Notes: generated by a model from the sequence alone, not told the origin. Counted from the stretch's first letter, positions 37,097 through 46,629 are shown. The stretch: 64,000 bases of DNA from Verrucomicrobia bacterium UBA3783 (GCA_002369235.1 DFFF01000013.1:5150-69149), one strand, 5' to 3'. Numbers and translations are program-made.

Positions 37097-38568
37097 AAGA
37101 CGCAAACTCCATAATCGATTCGTTCGCGAATCTCAAGGTGCTGGTGGCGGGGGATGTTCTGCTCGACCGCTTCCATTATGGTGCGGTAGAGCGCATATCG
37201 CCGGAAGCGCCGGTGCCGGTTTTCCGTCCAGTGCGACTTGTCGAAGCGCCCGGCGGGGCGGGGAATACCGCCCTCAATCTTGCTTCGCTCGGCTGCAAAG
37301 TGCGTCTCGTGGGCAGAACCGGCAAGGATTCGCGCGGCGCCCGGCTTGAAACCCTGTTTCGCGCGGAGAAGAAAATCGCCGCCGGCTTCCTCCGTCAAGC
37401 CGATTGCCCGACGATTGCGAAGACCCGCCTGGTGTCGTCCGGCAACCACATTCTTCGCGTGGACGAAGAGCGGATCGTGCCGCTTTCGGACAAGGATGCG
37501 GCCAATGTCGTCAAGACGGTGAAACGCCACATCGAGGCTTGCGACATCGTGGTTTTGTCCGACTACGCGAAAGGCTTTTTGACGCCCGCTTGCACCCGGC
37601 GGATTATCGCGGCGGCGGCGAAATGCGGCAAGATGGTGGTCGTCGACCCCAAGGGCAAAGACTACGGGAAATATGCCGGTGCGACCTTGGTGAAGCCGAA
37701 CCTGAAGGAGTTTTCGGAGGCGACCGGCAAGACCTTCAACCCTGCGAGCGAAGATTTCCGCCCCGGTCTCATTCGCGCCGCCCGCGATTTCCTCAAGGAA
37801 ACCGGGATAGGGTCGCTGCTCATTACGCTCGGCGAACAGGGGATGCTCTACGTGCCGTCGGAAAATCCGGTCGCCGGCGCGAAATATCTGCCCACCAGAA
37901 CCAAAGAGGTTTTCGACGTCTCCGGCGCGGGCGACACCGTCATCGCCGCGCTTGCCGCCGCCTTGGCCGCCGGTGCGCCGATGGCGGATGCGATGCAGAT
38001 CGCGAATGCGGCGGCGGGAGTCGTAGTGTCGAAAGTAGGCACGGCGACGGTCGCCGCCGCCGAACTCAAGGCGGCATTGACCGATGCCGCAGGCGATCCG
38101 CTGCGCAAGGTGCTTCCAGTCGATGCGCTCAAGCGCGAATTGGCGCGGCTCAAGCGGTCGGGGAAGAAGATTGGTTTCACGAACGGCTGCTTCGACTGCT
38201 GCCATCTCGGACATTTGACTTCGCTCAAAGCGGCAAAGCGGCTGTGCGACATCCTCGTCGTTGGCGTGAATACCGACGCCTGGATCCGCAAGCACAAGGG
38301 CAAAGGCCGTCCGGTTCAGGACGAAGCGACGCGGCTCGCGCTCCTGGCGTCGCTCGAATATGTGGATTACGTCGTGCCGTTTGGCGAAGAGACGGCGTTG
38401 CCGCTCGTGAAGAAGCTGCGCCCGCAGGTCATCGCTAAAGAAGGCTATGCGCTTGCGGACTGGCCGGAAGGACGGTTTGTGGAATCCATCGGCGGCGCAG
38501 CAGTCGCCCTCAAGCGCGTCGAGGGCTATTCCACCACGGCGATTGTCGAAAGGCTGGCGAAACAGTGA
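37087..38568 (+). CDS. hldE: bifunctional D-beta-D-heptose 7-phosphate kinase / heptose 1-phosphate adenylyltransferase HldE
   Basis: Ribokinase-like N-terminal half ('VSGAGDTVIAAL') and cytidylyltransferase C-terminal half ('TNGCFDCCHLGHLTSL'). Confidence 0.85.
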   Translation: MQMKDANSIIDSFANLKVLVAGDVLLDRFHYGAVERISPEAPVPVFRPVRLVEAPGGAGNTALNLASLGCKVRLVGRTGKDSRGARLETLFRAEKKIAAGFLRQADCPTIAKTRLVSSGNHILRVDEERIVPLSDKDAANVVKTVKRHIEACDIVVLSDYAKGFLTPACTRRIIAAAAKCGKMVVVDPKGKDYGKYAGATLVKPNLKEFSEATGKTFNPASEDFRPGLIRAARDFLKETGIGSLLITLGEQGMLYVPSENPVAGAKYLPTRTKEVFDVSGAGDTVIAALAAALAAGAPMADAMQIANAAAGVVVSKVGTATVAAAELKAALTDAAGDPLRKVLPVDALKRELARLKRSGKKIGFTNGCFDCCHLGHLTSLKAAKRLCDILVVGVNTDAWIRKHKGKGRPVQDEATRLALLASLEYVDYVVPFGEETALPLVKKLRPQVIAKEGYALADWPEGRFVESIGGAAVALKRVEGYSTTAIVERLAKQ

Positions 38569-39038
38569 GACGCGCCCTGTTTCTCGACCGCGACGGCACG
38601 ATAAACGTCGATTACGGCTATGTCTTCGAGCCGGAGAAATTCGTGTTCATCGATGGCGTCTTCGAGTTTTGCCGGGAAGCCCGGAAGAAGGGTTATCTAA
38701 TCATCGTTGTCACCAATCAAAGCGGAATCGAGCGCGGATATTTCAGCGAAAGGGATTTCGACGCCATAACCAGGCATATGGTGGCGAAGTTCGCCGAAAA
38801 CGGCGTGGCGATCGATGACGTCTTTTATTGCCCAAGCCTCTCCGGCGAAGACCGCAAGCCCAAGGCGGGCATGTTCCTCAAGGCGCAGGCGAAGTGGAAT
38901 ATCGACATGGCAAATTCGCTGAATATCGGCGATAAGGAACGCGACCTTGAAGCGGGAAGGGCGGCAGGCGTAGGCGTGAATATCTTGTTCAAGGGCGATT
39001 ATGGTGCGCTCATGCCATATCTTCACGACGCAAATTGA
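38565..39038 (+). CDS. gmhB: D-glycero-D-manno-heptose 1,7-bisphosphate phosphatase GmhB (HAD-IIIA)
   Basis: 'LFLDRDGTIN' DxDxT motif, 'VVTNQSG', 'GDKERD'. Confidence 0.8.
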   Translation: MRRALFLDRDGTINVDYGYVFEPEKFVFIDGVFEFCREARKKGYLIIVVTNQSGIERGYFSERDFDAITRHMVAKFAENGVAIDDVFYCPSLSGEDRKPKAGMFLKAQAKWNIDMANSLNIGDKERDLEAGRAAGVGVNILFKGDYGALMPYLHDAN

Positions 39039-39050
39039 AAGGGTGCAGGA

Positions 39051-39671
39051 ATGAAACCGACGACAAACGCGATTTTCGGGTCTCTTTTCGAACGCTACCC
39101 CGCATTGTCGGCATGCCGCGATGGGGTCATGGCCGCGTTCGAGACTTTGCTTTCCGTGTATGCCCAAGGCGGCAAGGCGCTCATTTGCGGCAATGGCGGC
39201 AGTGCGGCGGATTGCGAGCATATTGCGGGCGAGCTGATGAAAACCTTCAAGAAACGCCGCCCCTTGCCTGCGGATATCGCATCGAAACTTCCGCCTGGAC
39301 TCGCATCGAAACTGGAGGCGGCATTGCCTGCGATTTCACTCGTTTCGATGACGGGCATAATGTCGGCTGCGGCGAACGATGTGTCGTGGGAGGTGGCTTT
39401 TGCCCAGCAAGCGCTCGGCCTCGCGAAGAAGGAAGACGTGCTTATTGCCATATCGACGAGCGGAAACAGCGCAAATTGCGTTGCGGCGGCGGAAGTCATG
39501 AAGGCGATTGGCGGCAAAACGGTCGCTCTCACCGGCGAAAATCCCTCGAAACTCGCTGAAATCTGCGATATTGCGATAAAAGTGCCGGCAAGCGAGACTT
39601 ACCGGATTCAAGAGCTGCACCTGCCGGTCTACCACACGATTTGCGCAATGCTCGAAGAAGAACTGTTTTAG
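39051..39671 (+). CDS. gmhA: phosphoheptose isomerase GmhA (SIS domain)
   Basis: 'ALICGNGGSAADCEHIAGEL', 'LIAISTSGNSANCV'. Confidence 0.8.
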   Translation: MKPTTNAIFGSLFERYPALSACRDGVMAAFETLLSVYAQGGKALICGNGGSAADCEHIAGELMKTFKKRRPLPADIASKLPPGLASKLEAALPAISLVSMTGIMSAAANDVSWEVAFAQQALGLAKKEDVLIAISTSGNSANCVAAAEVMKAIGGKTVALTGENPSKLAEICDIAIKVPASETYRIQELHLPVYHTICAMLEEELF

Positions 39672-39680
39672 TCGGGGAAC

Positions 39681-39832
39681 TCTTTCCTTCGTAGTGTAGA
39701 TTTCTCGACTTCGTAGTCCAGCCTCTTTTCCTTCGTAGTCTAGGCTTCTCGACTTAGAAGTCCAGGCTTCTAGACTTAGAAGTCCAGCTCTCTAGACTTG
39801 GTAGGGCGGCCTTCTAGACTTGGCAGGGCGGC
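39681..39832. repeat. family-A intergenic repeat element (copy 2)
   Basis: Same unit and orientation as 9968..10079, with extra 'cttctagacttagaagtccag' sub-repeats. Confidence 0.6.
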
Positions 39833-39955
39833 AATCCCATCTCTGTGCATCGCGGATGCTTGCGCACCCTTCGGGTTTGGCTTCGCCAAATCTGCCTCAG
39901 CCCTCAGCCCTAACTTATTGGATATTGGATGCTGGCTGTTGGATATTGGATATTT

Positions 39956-40050
39956 GCACATTCAACACCGTCTCGACCTCCGTAGCCTTGGCGTAGGAGG
40001 TTCTCGACCTCCGTAGCCTTGGCGTAGGAGGTTTCCCGTTTTTCCGCCGC
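39956..40050. repeat. family-B repeat element; left arm of inverted pair flanking the giant gene
   Basis: 'gcacattcaacaccgtctcgacctccgtagcc' (39956..39987) is the exact reverse complement of 46698..46729. Internal 'ctcgacctccgtagccttggcgtaggagg' is duplicated. Preceded by a 'ttggatattggat' x2 direct repeat. Confidence 0.6.
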
Positions 40051-40085
40051 AAAAATTTCCTAGAAATCACTTGAAAAAAAAAAAA

Positions 40086-40094
40086 TGCTATACT
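40086..40094 (+). promoter_or_regulatory. extended -10 TGCTATACT preceded by A12 tract
   Basis: 'gaaaaaaaaaaaaTGCTATACTatcggg'. About 130 nt upstream of the giant-gene ATG. Confidence 0.45.
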
Positions 40095-40110
40095 ATCGGG
40101 CAGTTGTTCA

Positions 40111-40197
40111 TATTCCTGCACTGTACTTGGAACAAGCGTTTAGTTTCGTAGCGGTTATCTAGGCGTTTTATTTGCTTCCAAGTACAGTGCAGGGGTA
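40111..40197 (+). promoter_or_regulatory. 5'-leader hairpin: 18-bp perfect stem (22 bp with wobbles) enclosing a 43-nt loop
   Basis: 40115..40132 'cctgcactgtacttggaa' is the exact reverse complement of 40176..40193. The Shine-Dalgarno 'agagagga' (40209..40216) lies just downstream. Confidence 0.5.
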
Positions 40198-40224
40198 TGA
40201 ATTGAAAAAAGAGAGGAAAAGATT

Positions 40225-43200
40225 ATGCAAAACGTTGCCAGGAAAACAATTCGCATGGTCATGAAAATCGCGCGCACCGTCGCGCTACTACTCGCCGTCG
40301 GCGCGGCTGGCGGAGCATGGGCAGATACGCCGTCATTGCTCAACTACATGAGCTTCGATAACACGGCTAATAAGGGTGTCGTCATACAGAAAGACGCAGG
40401 CACAATTGACCCAGTTAAGATAGATGGTGATTATGTCAATTACACAACAACTGACAATGCAAAGTTCGGAAACCATGCTTACCAAGCCAATAATGGTACT
40501 ATCGGGCTTCAGGATAACGATTCTGGCCTAGTCTCAAATGATGGTGGCTGGACTATCAGCTTTTGGTTCCATCCAAATGGCCAGTCCAACTGGAACTCCT
40601 TTTTTGGTTTCGGGTTGTTCAATGGGGACAATTATTTCTTTGTGAAGAATGGTAGCAACGCTTTCATTATCTACAAAGATACCACGTCAACAGATGATAG
40701 CGCACTTGGAACGCCTGCTCTAGGAGCTGTATCATATACGGCGTCGGCTTGGAATCACGTTGTGCTGGCATGTGCGGCTGGCACCGGCACCGTGACGCTT
40801 TATGTAAATGGTTCGTCGTGCGGTTCATTCACAATTGCAACTGACACATCCCTTCGAGAAGTGCTTTTGTGCCGCGGTCGCTGGCATAGCGATTCCAGCT
40901 CAGCATTTTATCGCAACAAGCAAACAACCTGGTTCGACGACTTCGCGCTGTTCGGCGGTGCTCTGACGCCATCGGCTGTCAAGACGATAGCGATGGGTGC
41001 GGATACTGCGCTTGGCCTCTACAATGCCGGCGAGTTAAACTTCTCTCGTTCTATCAATGTCAACTTCTATTATCTCTACAGTGGTAGTACGCCGTACACG
41101 GCTGTTTCCTTGGGCAACAATGGAACTGCCGCAGTGAACTCCAGCAGCGAAGGTTACGGCCAATACGCGGTAGAAGGTACATACTGGTCGGATGTGCTTG
41201 CAACGAGCACGGCGGCGCAAAGCGTAAAGGTGTTTGATGGCTCTGCCACATCTGATTCCACCGTCACTGCGACGATATCTGGCGCCAATGGCGGTGATTT
41301 CACGCAAAGCGCCTTCGATCATCATATCATGAGCGGCTACATTTCCGACTCGTCATCAAAGCTTGAGCCGACCGTCACATTTGCCAACATACCCTTTGCA
41401 AACTATCGGGTAGTGCTATATTTTGCCGTCAGTGGAGGCTCTGCCAGCAAGAAATACGGCTATGTCACGCTGAACGATACGATCAATGTCGCGGGCAACG
41501 GCAGCACGACCATATATGGCGATGGAGGAGCGACGGGATGGGGCGGCGCAGCAGTTGCAGCAAACAGTAAGAACAACATACTCCTCGGTCAGAACACGCT
41601 TGTTTCGCCTGTAATTGTAAACAATGCATCGGGCACTCTCAAAGTAAAAAGCCACGCGCTCTATAGCGGCAACACTGCTACATACTATGCAGGCCTTGCG
41701 GCAATTCAGATAGTCGAAGTTACGCCGAATTCAACTACGGGCACATATACATTCTCTCCCGCTGCCGATACGACGACTGCAATAACAAGTTCCTCAAGCT
41801 GGGATGACCTTCCTACCGGCAAGGGCGAAGATATAACTATTTCCATTTCAGGCGATGCGACGATTAATGTTGATAGGGATATGGCGTTTGGTACGATCAC
41901 GATTGCGAGCACCAGCGAAAGCGCGGCGACGCTAACTTTCGCTGGCTCGTGCCTCATCAACGCCACGCAAGTCAATGTCCCTGCCAATGTCACGGTGAAG
42001 TATGCTTCGTCCGTTTCCGGTGGCGCACCAATTATCAATGCGCCTGTCGTGCTCAACGATGCCACGGCCGCATTGGAAATCGCCGCTCCGGCGACGATGG
42101 CAAATGCGATTTCCGGTTCCGGCGAGGTCGTCGTATCCGCGAATGCAGTCGTGTTTACTGTTAAGAATACTTTCACAGGCGGTCTCACCGTGAAGAGCGG
42201 CGGCCTCGCAAAGACAACCGTCGCGGCGACAACAGGCGGCGGATTCGGTGGCACTGGAACAAATCCACAAGTTGGAACAATTACAGTAGAGAATGGCGGT
42301 ACCGTTGACGTCGCGAATTGCTATGGCAAGTGCGTGTATTCGCTCACAATCGAAGGTGATGGCGTGGATAATCAAGGGGCTGTCATTTGTTCATCTGCAA
42401 TAGGTGAGACCGAAAGGCAAATTACAGGTATTACGCTTACGGGAAACGCGTCGATTTCTTGTGCCAACAACTGGGGGCTTATCGCAAACGAATATACTGC
42501 AACAACCTTGTCATTAGGGTCTTATACACTCGAAAAGAAAGGCTCTGCGGCATTTTGGCTTACACGCACAACAGTGAGCGGTACGGGAACTTTGGATATC
42601 AAGGAAGGCATACTTGCTACAGGCGGTGCCACAAGCGGTACTTTAAATACAAGGGGCAATTGGACATATACAAGCAATTCGTCCGCACCTATCGTCATAC
42701 GAAATGGCGCCGCATTGACGGTCAACAATGCATCGTTGCGGGCAGATTCACTTACACTTGATTCCGGCAGTTCCATGAGTGTTGGCGGCGGCGCGTATGC
42801 GCTTGTCAACAATTCTGGCACATTGACTGCAAACGGCTCTGTTTCCGTAGCCGGAACGCTTTATATTGGCTGGAGCGGCAACGCCAGTTTCGTCGTCGGC
42901 TCCGACGTTGAAGTTACGGGCACAGGGCTTATTCATTTGATGTCAACCGCAACCATTACCAAGCAGGCGAGTGGCACGATCACCATCGGTCCTAATGCGA
43001 TGGTGCGGTGGATAGACTGCTCGTGGACTAACGAAAATGCTGGTGACATATTCAGGGGAGATGGAACATTGAGTTTGGAGGGAACTGGAGGAAACTATTC
43101 GTACTATCCAGATCCGTGTGCGTTTCCGGGAACGCTGAATGTAGTTACCCGAAACGGCACCTCCGATTACCACGCATATTACGCATACTTCAGTGGCGAC

Positions 43201-46200
43201 CCAAGTAAATTCACGGCAAGACCAAAGCTTCTTTTGGCTTGTGGAACGGAAGCGGATACTGGAAGTGTCCAGCTTGGAAGTCCAGCGCTTGGCAAAACGA
43301 TGAGCGTACGCGATTTGAATGGGCATGCTGTTATTTATCCTTGGGCAAGCAGCTCTGGCACGTTTACAATAGATACGCTTCAAAGGTCGGACACATCCTT
43401 CAACGGCATATTCGTGCAATATGCTGCTAATCAAGGTATTTCTGCGCTGACAGTCCGTGGCGAAACGGAAGCGACGCAGACGCACAGCCTTACGCTAACG
43501 AAGGCAAGCACGACTACTGGCGCCGCGACTGTCTGCGACAACGCGAAACTTATCTTCACCTCTTCCGGCTCGTGGGCGAACGGTACGGTGTCTGTTGCCA
43601 ATGGCGGGTATCTGGAAGTGAACAACTCCGACCCTGTCGCTTCGACGCTCGATTTGCAGTCTGGCGGCACGATTACAATCAAGACTGTCACGACGACAAC
43701 AACGACTGGAGAAGGCGACGAGGCCGTGGAAGAAACGACGACGAGCGTAGTGCCGATAGCGGCCGGCACGGTGACGTTCCCGGATTCCGGCGAGGCGGTG
43801 ATCGACATCTCTGCAATTCCCGATCTTGCTTCCAAAGAAAGCGTGGCAATAATCAACGCGACGACGTCGCTTGATTCGGACGTCTCGAAGATTCGTCTTA
43901 TCGGCAAGCCCTACTCGCTGAAGGTCGATGGCAATGCGCTCAAGGTCGTGAACGATGGCGGTCTTGTCTGGGATTCTGCGAAAGGCTGGGGTGAGAAGGA
44001 TGCCGCGAAATATGACGAGGCGACGATAACTTCGCCTGGCACGGTCGCGCTTGACGGCACGAGCCTCGCGTTCGATAAATTGACTCTCGCCGGCTCTGGC
44101 ACGGTCTCTTTCTCGCGGACCGGCGACGAGACGATTACGGTGAACAACATCGTTATTGGAAGCGGCGTGACTCTGGATGTGTCGGCGGCGCTGAACATAT
44201 CGGCTGGAGCGAGAATAACCGGCGACGGAACGCTGAACATTCCGAACGGCGTCACTCTTACGCTCGACGGCGTGACATGCTCTGCGAAGATAACCGCGCA
44301 AAACGGCGGCACTCTCGTAACGAAGGGCGCGACGGAGCTCTCTAACGATAACAACAACTTTGCATATGGCAGCCTTATCAAGGTCCTGACTGGCACGGCG
44401 ACGGTCAATGCGCATTTTAGTGCGTATAATTCTGCCGGTCGTGGTTTCCACGGCAACATCACGATTGCCGAAGGCGCGACATTCGTGAACAGCAAGACGG
44501 AATCCTTCGACTGCAACGCCGATTCGTCGCATCCGATTGTCGTCGATGTCTATGGCACTCTTTCAATGGGTTCGACCCGCTGGACGCTTGGCAACTACAA
44601 CACGATAAAGTTGCACGAAGATGCGACGATTACGGGTGAGGGAGATTCCTCATCTAACGGTGCGCTTAACGGTGCGCTCGATGTCGAGAACAATGTCACG
44701 ACATTCAAGATTATCGCGGACGGCAACGCGACGATACCCGCCAATATCCGAACCCGTAGCAAGATGCTTGTCGAAGTGTCCAACGGAAAGAATCTGACAT
44801 TCTCTGGGTCGCTTATAAGTTATGGCGATGGCAGCATCATGGAAGTAGTTTCCGGCCAAGTGACTACGACTACGCTGCCGGGCTTCAAAGTCAAGATCGA
44901 CGAAGGCGCGACATTCACGCTGAAGGATGCCGTATGGTCAGGTTCTACCGCCGACAAGTTCTCCGGCACAGGCACGCTGGAGTTGTATTCTGCGACCGCG
45001 TCCAAGGAGCATACGGCGACAGGTTCGACATTTGCCGGCATTGTCAAGTTCTCGAACGAAGGGGACAACCAGTGCAACATCAAGCCGTCAGGAGCCGCGA
45101 TGTTCACCGCGAGACCCGAATGGATCGCGAATGCATCAAGCATCCACCTTGGCGACGCCTCCAGCTACTACAACAATCTGGAGCACCCGATTCAAATCAG
45201 GAACTTGTCCGGCTCCAGTTCGGCCACGCTGAGAGCTGTGTATGGTGGCGCACTCTACAACTTCCTCATAGAGACTGTGCAGGAACGCGATACAGAATAC
45301 GCCGGCGAATTCACGCAAGGCGAGGCAACCATCAACTCCCAAAAAGTTGGGCGTTATACCAACCTGAAAGTCTTGGGCAACAATGCAAACGAGGTCCACA
45401 CCCTGACATTGTCGAAAGCGCAGAATACCGGAAACAATGTAGGACATTATGCAAGCACGTTGACGGTCTCAGATTACGGCAAGGTCAAGTTCACGTCCGT
45501 AGCAGGATGGGGGAACGGAACAGTAATCGTTGGAGCGAACGGCTATCTAGAGTCGTCTAGTTCTGCGGAATCCATTGCGGCGACGCTGACGCTGCAGGAT
45601 GGCGCGACGGTGGTGCGTGGTTCGCAACCTGTCAAGGCGACGGCGCTGACAGCGCTTGATGCCAATGCGACAATCAAGATTGCTTTTGCTGATGGCGTTA
45701 CGCCGGAAGATGGCATGGTCGTGTTGAGCGGCACTTGGGCTACAACACCACCGGATGCGGCGCGCTTTGCGTTCGCAAATTGGTTTGCATATGATGCTTT
45801 GTATGAATTTGAAGTTACCTCAACTGCCGTAAATATTAGGGAAAAGACAGAGACTGTTAGTGTTGATGAAACACCCATTACAGTCGGGTATCCCTGGATA
45901 GCGACAGCACAACGGAATACAACCCAAACGCCAGGTGCTAATTTGAACGACCTTGCGGATCTAAATACATATCTTACAAACAATGGTCTCAACGGCATGC
46001 CGCGTGCGGTGTCGTACCTGCTGGGGCTTGAGAATCCCGACGATGCGACGACGGCGTTTGTAATGGAGTCGGCGAGTGTTTCGTCGGGTGAGGGCAACAC
46101 TCCCGTTCTCACCTTCACGGGTAAGTCATATTCGACCGACCGAGCTACAGTGACATACAAGGTATTCGGCGGCGATTCGCCTGACAGTATGAGTGAAGTC

Positions 46201-46299
46201 ACTCCGGATAGCAATTCTGGCAATGTAATAACAGTGACAGTTCCCACGGAGTCGAGAGTTAAATATTATAAGTTGGAAATGACTGTCACGCCGAATTAA
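40225..46299 (+). CDS. 2,024-aa secreted giant protein: signal peptide + LamG/concanavalin-like lectin domain + long Thr/Ser/Gly/Asn-rich parallel beta-helix-type repeats
   Basis: Sec signal 'IARTVALLLAVGAAGGAWA'. LamG-like block ('WTISFWFHP', 'TVTLYVNGSSCG', 'WFDDFALFGG'). Downstream repeated 'G(T/S)xT(L/V)xxxG' beta-solenoid segments with an obvious internal duplication ('HSLTLTKASTTTGAATVCDNAKLIFTSSGSWANGTVSVANGGYLE' vs 'HTLTLSKAQNTGNNVGHYASTLTVSDYGKVKFTSVAGWGNGTVIVGANGYLE'). No PEP-CTERM and no autotransporter barrel. Confidence 0.8.
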   Translation: MQNVARKTIRMVMKIARTVALLLAVGAAGGAWADTPSLLNYMSFDNTANKGVVIQKDAGTIDPVKIDGDYVNYTTTDNAKFGNHAYQANNGTIGLQDNDSGLVSNDGGWTISFWFHPNGQSNWNSFFGFGLFNGDNYFFVKNGSNAFIIYKDTTSTDDSALGTPALGAVSYTASAWNHVVLACAAGTGTVTLYVNGSSCGSFTIATDTSLREVLLCRGRWHSDSSSAFYRNKQTTWFDDFALFGGALTPSAVKTIAMGADTALGLYNAGELNFSRSINVNFYYLYSGSTPYTAVSLGNNGTAAVNSSSEGYGQYAVEGTYWSDVLATSTAAQSVKVFDGSATSDSTVTATISGANGGDFTQSAFDHHIMSGYISDSSSKLEPTVTFANIPFANYRVVLYFAVSGGSASKKYGYVTLNDTINVAGNGSTTIYGDGGATGWGGAAVAANSKNNILLGQNTLVSPVIVNNASGTLKVKSHALYSGNTATYYAGLAAIQIVEVTPNSTTGTYTFSPAADTTTAITSSSSWDDLPTGKGEDITISISGDATINVDRDMAFGTITIASTSESAATLTFAGSCLINATQVNVPANVTVKYASSVSGGAPIINAPVVLNDATAALEIAAPATMANAISGSGEVVVSANAVVFTVKNTFTGGLTVKSGGLAKTTVAATTGGGFGGTGTNPQVGTITVENGGTVDVANCYGKCVYSLTIEGDGVDNQGAVICSSAIGETERQITGITLTGNASISCANNWGLIANEYTATTLSLGSYTLEKKGSAAFWLTRTTVSGTGTLDIKEGILATGGATSGTLNTRGNWTYTSNSSAPIVIRNGAALTVNNASLRADSLTLDSGSSMSVGGGAYALVNNSGTLTANGSVSVAGTLYIGWSGNASFVVGSDVEVTGTGLIHLMSTATITKQASGTITIGPNAMVRWIDCSWTNENAGDIFRGDGTLSLEGTGGNYSYYPDPCAFPGTLNVVTRNGTSDYHAYYAYFSGDPSKFTARPKLLLACGTEADTGSVQLGSPALGKTMSVRDLNGHAVIYPWASSSGTFTIDTLQRSDTSFNGIFVQYAANQGISALTVRGETEATQTHSLTLTKASTTTGAATVCDNAKLIFTSSGSWANGTVSVANGGYLEVNNSDPVASTLDLQSGGTITIKTVTTTTTTGEGDEAVEETTTSVVPIAAGTVTFPDSGEAVIDISAIPDLASKESVAIINATTSLDSDVSKIRLIGKPYSLKVDGNALKVVNDGGLVWDSAKGWGEKDAAKYDEATITSPGTVALDGTSLAFDKLTLAGSGTVSFSRTGDETITVNNIVIGSGVTLDVSAALNISAGARITGDGTLNIPNGVTLTLDGVTCSAKITAQNGGTLVTKGATELSNDNNNFAYGSLIKVLTGTATVNAHFSAYNSAGRGFHGNITIAEGATFVNSKTESFDCNADSSHPIVVDVYGTLSMGSTRWTLGNYNTIKLHEDATITGEGDSSSNGALNGALDVENNVTTFKIIADGNATIPANIRTRSKMLVEVSNGKNLTFSGSLISYGDGSIMEVVSGQVTTTTLPGFKVKIDEGATFTLKDAVWSGSTADKFSGTGTLELYSATASKEHTATGSTFAGIVKFSNEGDNQCNIKPSGAAMFTARPEWIANASSIHLGDASSYYNNLEHPIQIRNLSGSSSATLRAVYGGALYNFLIETVQERDTEYAGEFTQGEATINSQKVGRYTNLKVLGNNANEVHTLTLSKAQNTGNNVGHYASTLTVSDYGKVKFTSVAGWGNGTVIVGANGYLESSSSAESIAATLTLQDGATVVRGSQPVKATALTALDANATIKIAFADGVTPEDGMVVLSGTWATTPPDAARFAFANWFAYDALYEFEVTSTAVNIREKTETVSVDETPITVGYPWIATAQRNTTQTPGANLNDLADLNTYLTNNGLNGMPRAVSYLLGLENPDDATTAFVMESASVSSGEGNTPVLTFTGKSYSTDRATVTYKVFGGDSPDSMSEVTPDSNSGNVITVTVPTESRVKYYKLEMTVTPN

Positions 46300-46326
46300 T
46301 TAACCACATTTAGTCGTTATTTGCTA

Positions 46327-46359
46327 GTCGCGGCGGTTTGAATAAATCCGCCGCGACTG
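46327..46359 (+). terminator. hairpin after giant gene (11-bp GC-rich stem, no U-tract)
   Basis: 'agtcgcggcgg-tttgaataaat-ccgccgcgact'. Confidence 0.4.
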
Positions 46360-46405
46360 CGGTCTTGTCAAAGCGTCGAACGCCTCCCTACGCATGGCAA
46401 CAAGA

Positions 46406-46575
46406 TTTCACCCAATGCGTTTTCACTTTTCACCCAGTCGATTTCGTTTTTCACCTGGTCAATTTCATTTTTCACCTGGTCAATTCCGCTTTTCACCCAA
46501 TGAGTTTTCACTTTTCACCCAGTCGATTTCGTTTTCCACCCAATGCGTTCCGTGTGTTCCGCGTATTCCGTGGTT
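46406..46575. repeat. non-coding tandem array of ~21-22-bp units (about 7 units)
   Basis: Units: 'cacccaatgcgttttcactttt', 'cacccagtcgatttcgttttt', 'cacctggtcaatttcattttt', 'cacctggtcaattccgctttt', 'cacccaatgagttttcactttt', 'cacccagtcgatttcgtttt', and a decayed unit. Confidence 0.8.
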
Positions 46576-46629
46576 AATATCAAACCCGCCGAAGGCATCC
46601 CAAGAAACTCTGCGTCTCTGCGTCTCTGC

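Noticed and set aside
9825-39832. tRNA-Pro-adjacent genomic island delimited by direct repeats
   Set aside because: The 30 kb between the repeats encodes essential core functions (aspS, ispH, ftsZ/A/Q, ddl, murC, lpxC, heptose pathway). The repeats do not include the tRNA 3' end. Dispersed REP-like elements are a better explanation.
40225-46299. Autotransporter, PEP-CTERM or T9SS-sorted classification of the giant protein
   Set aside because: The C-terminus ('...VKYYKLEMTVTPN') has no PEP motif or TM-basic tail. It has no ~300-aa beta-barrel translocator domain and no recognisable T9SS C-terminal domain. The secretion route is left open beyond the Sec signal peptide.
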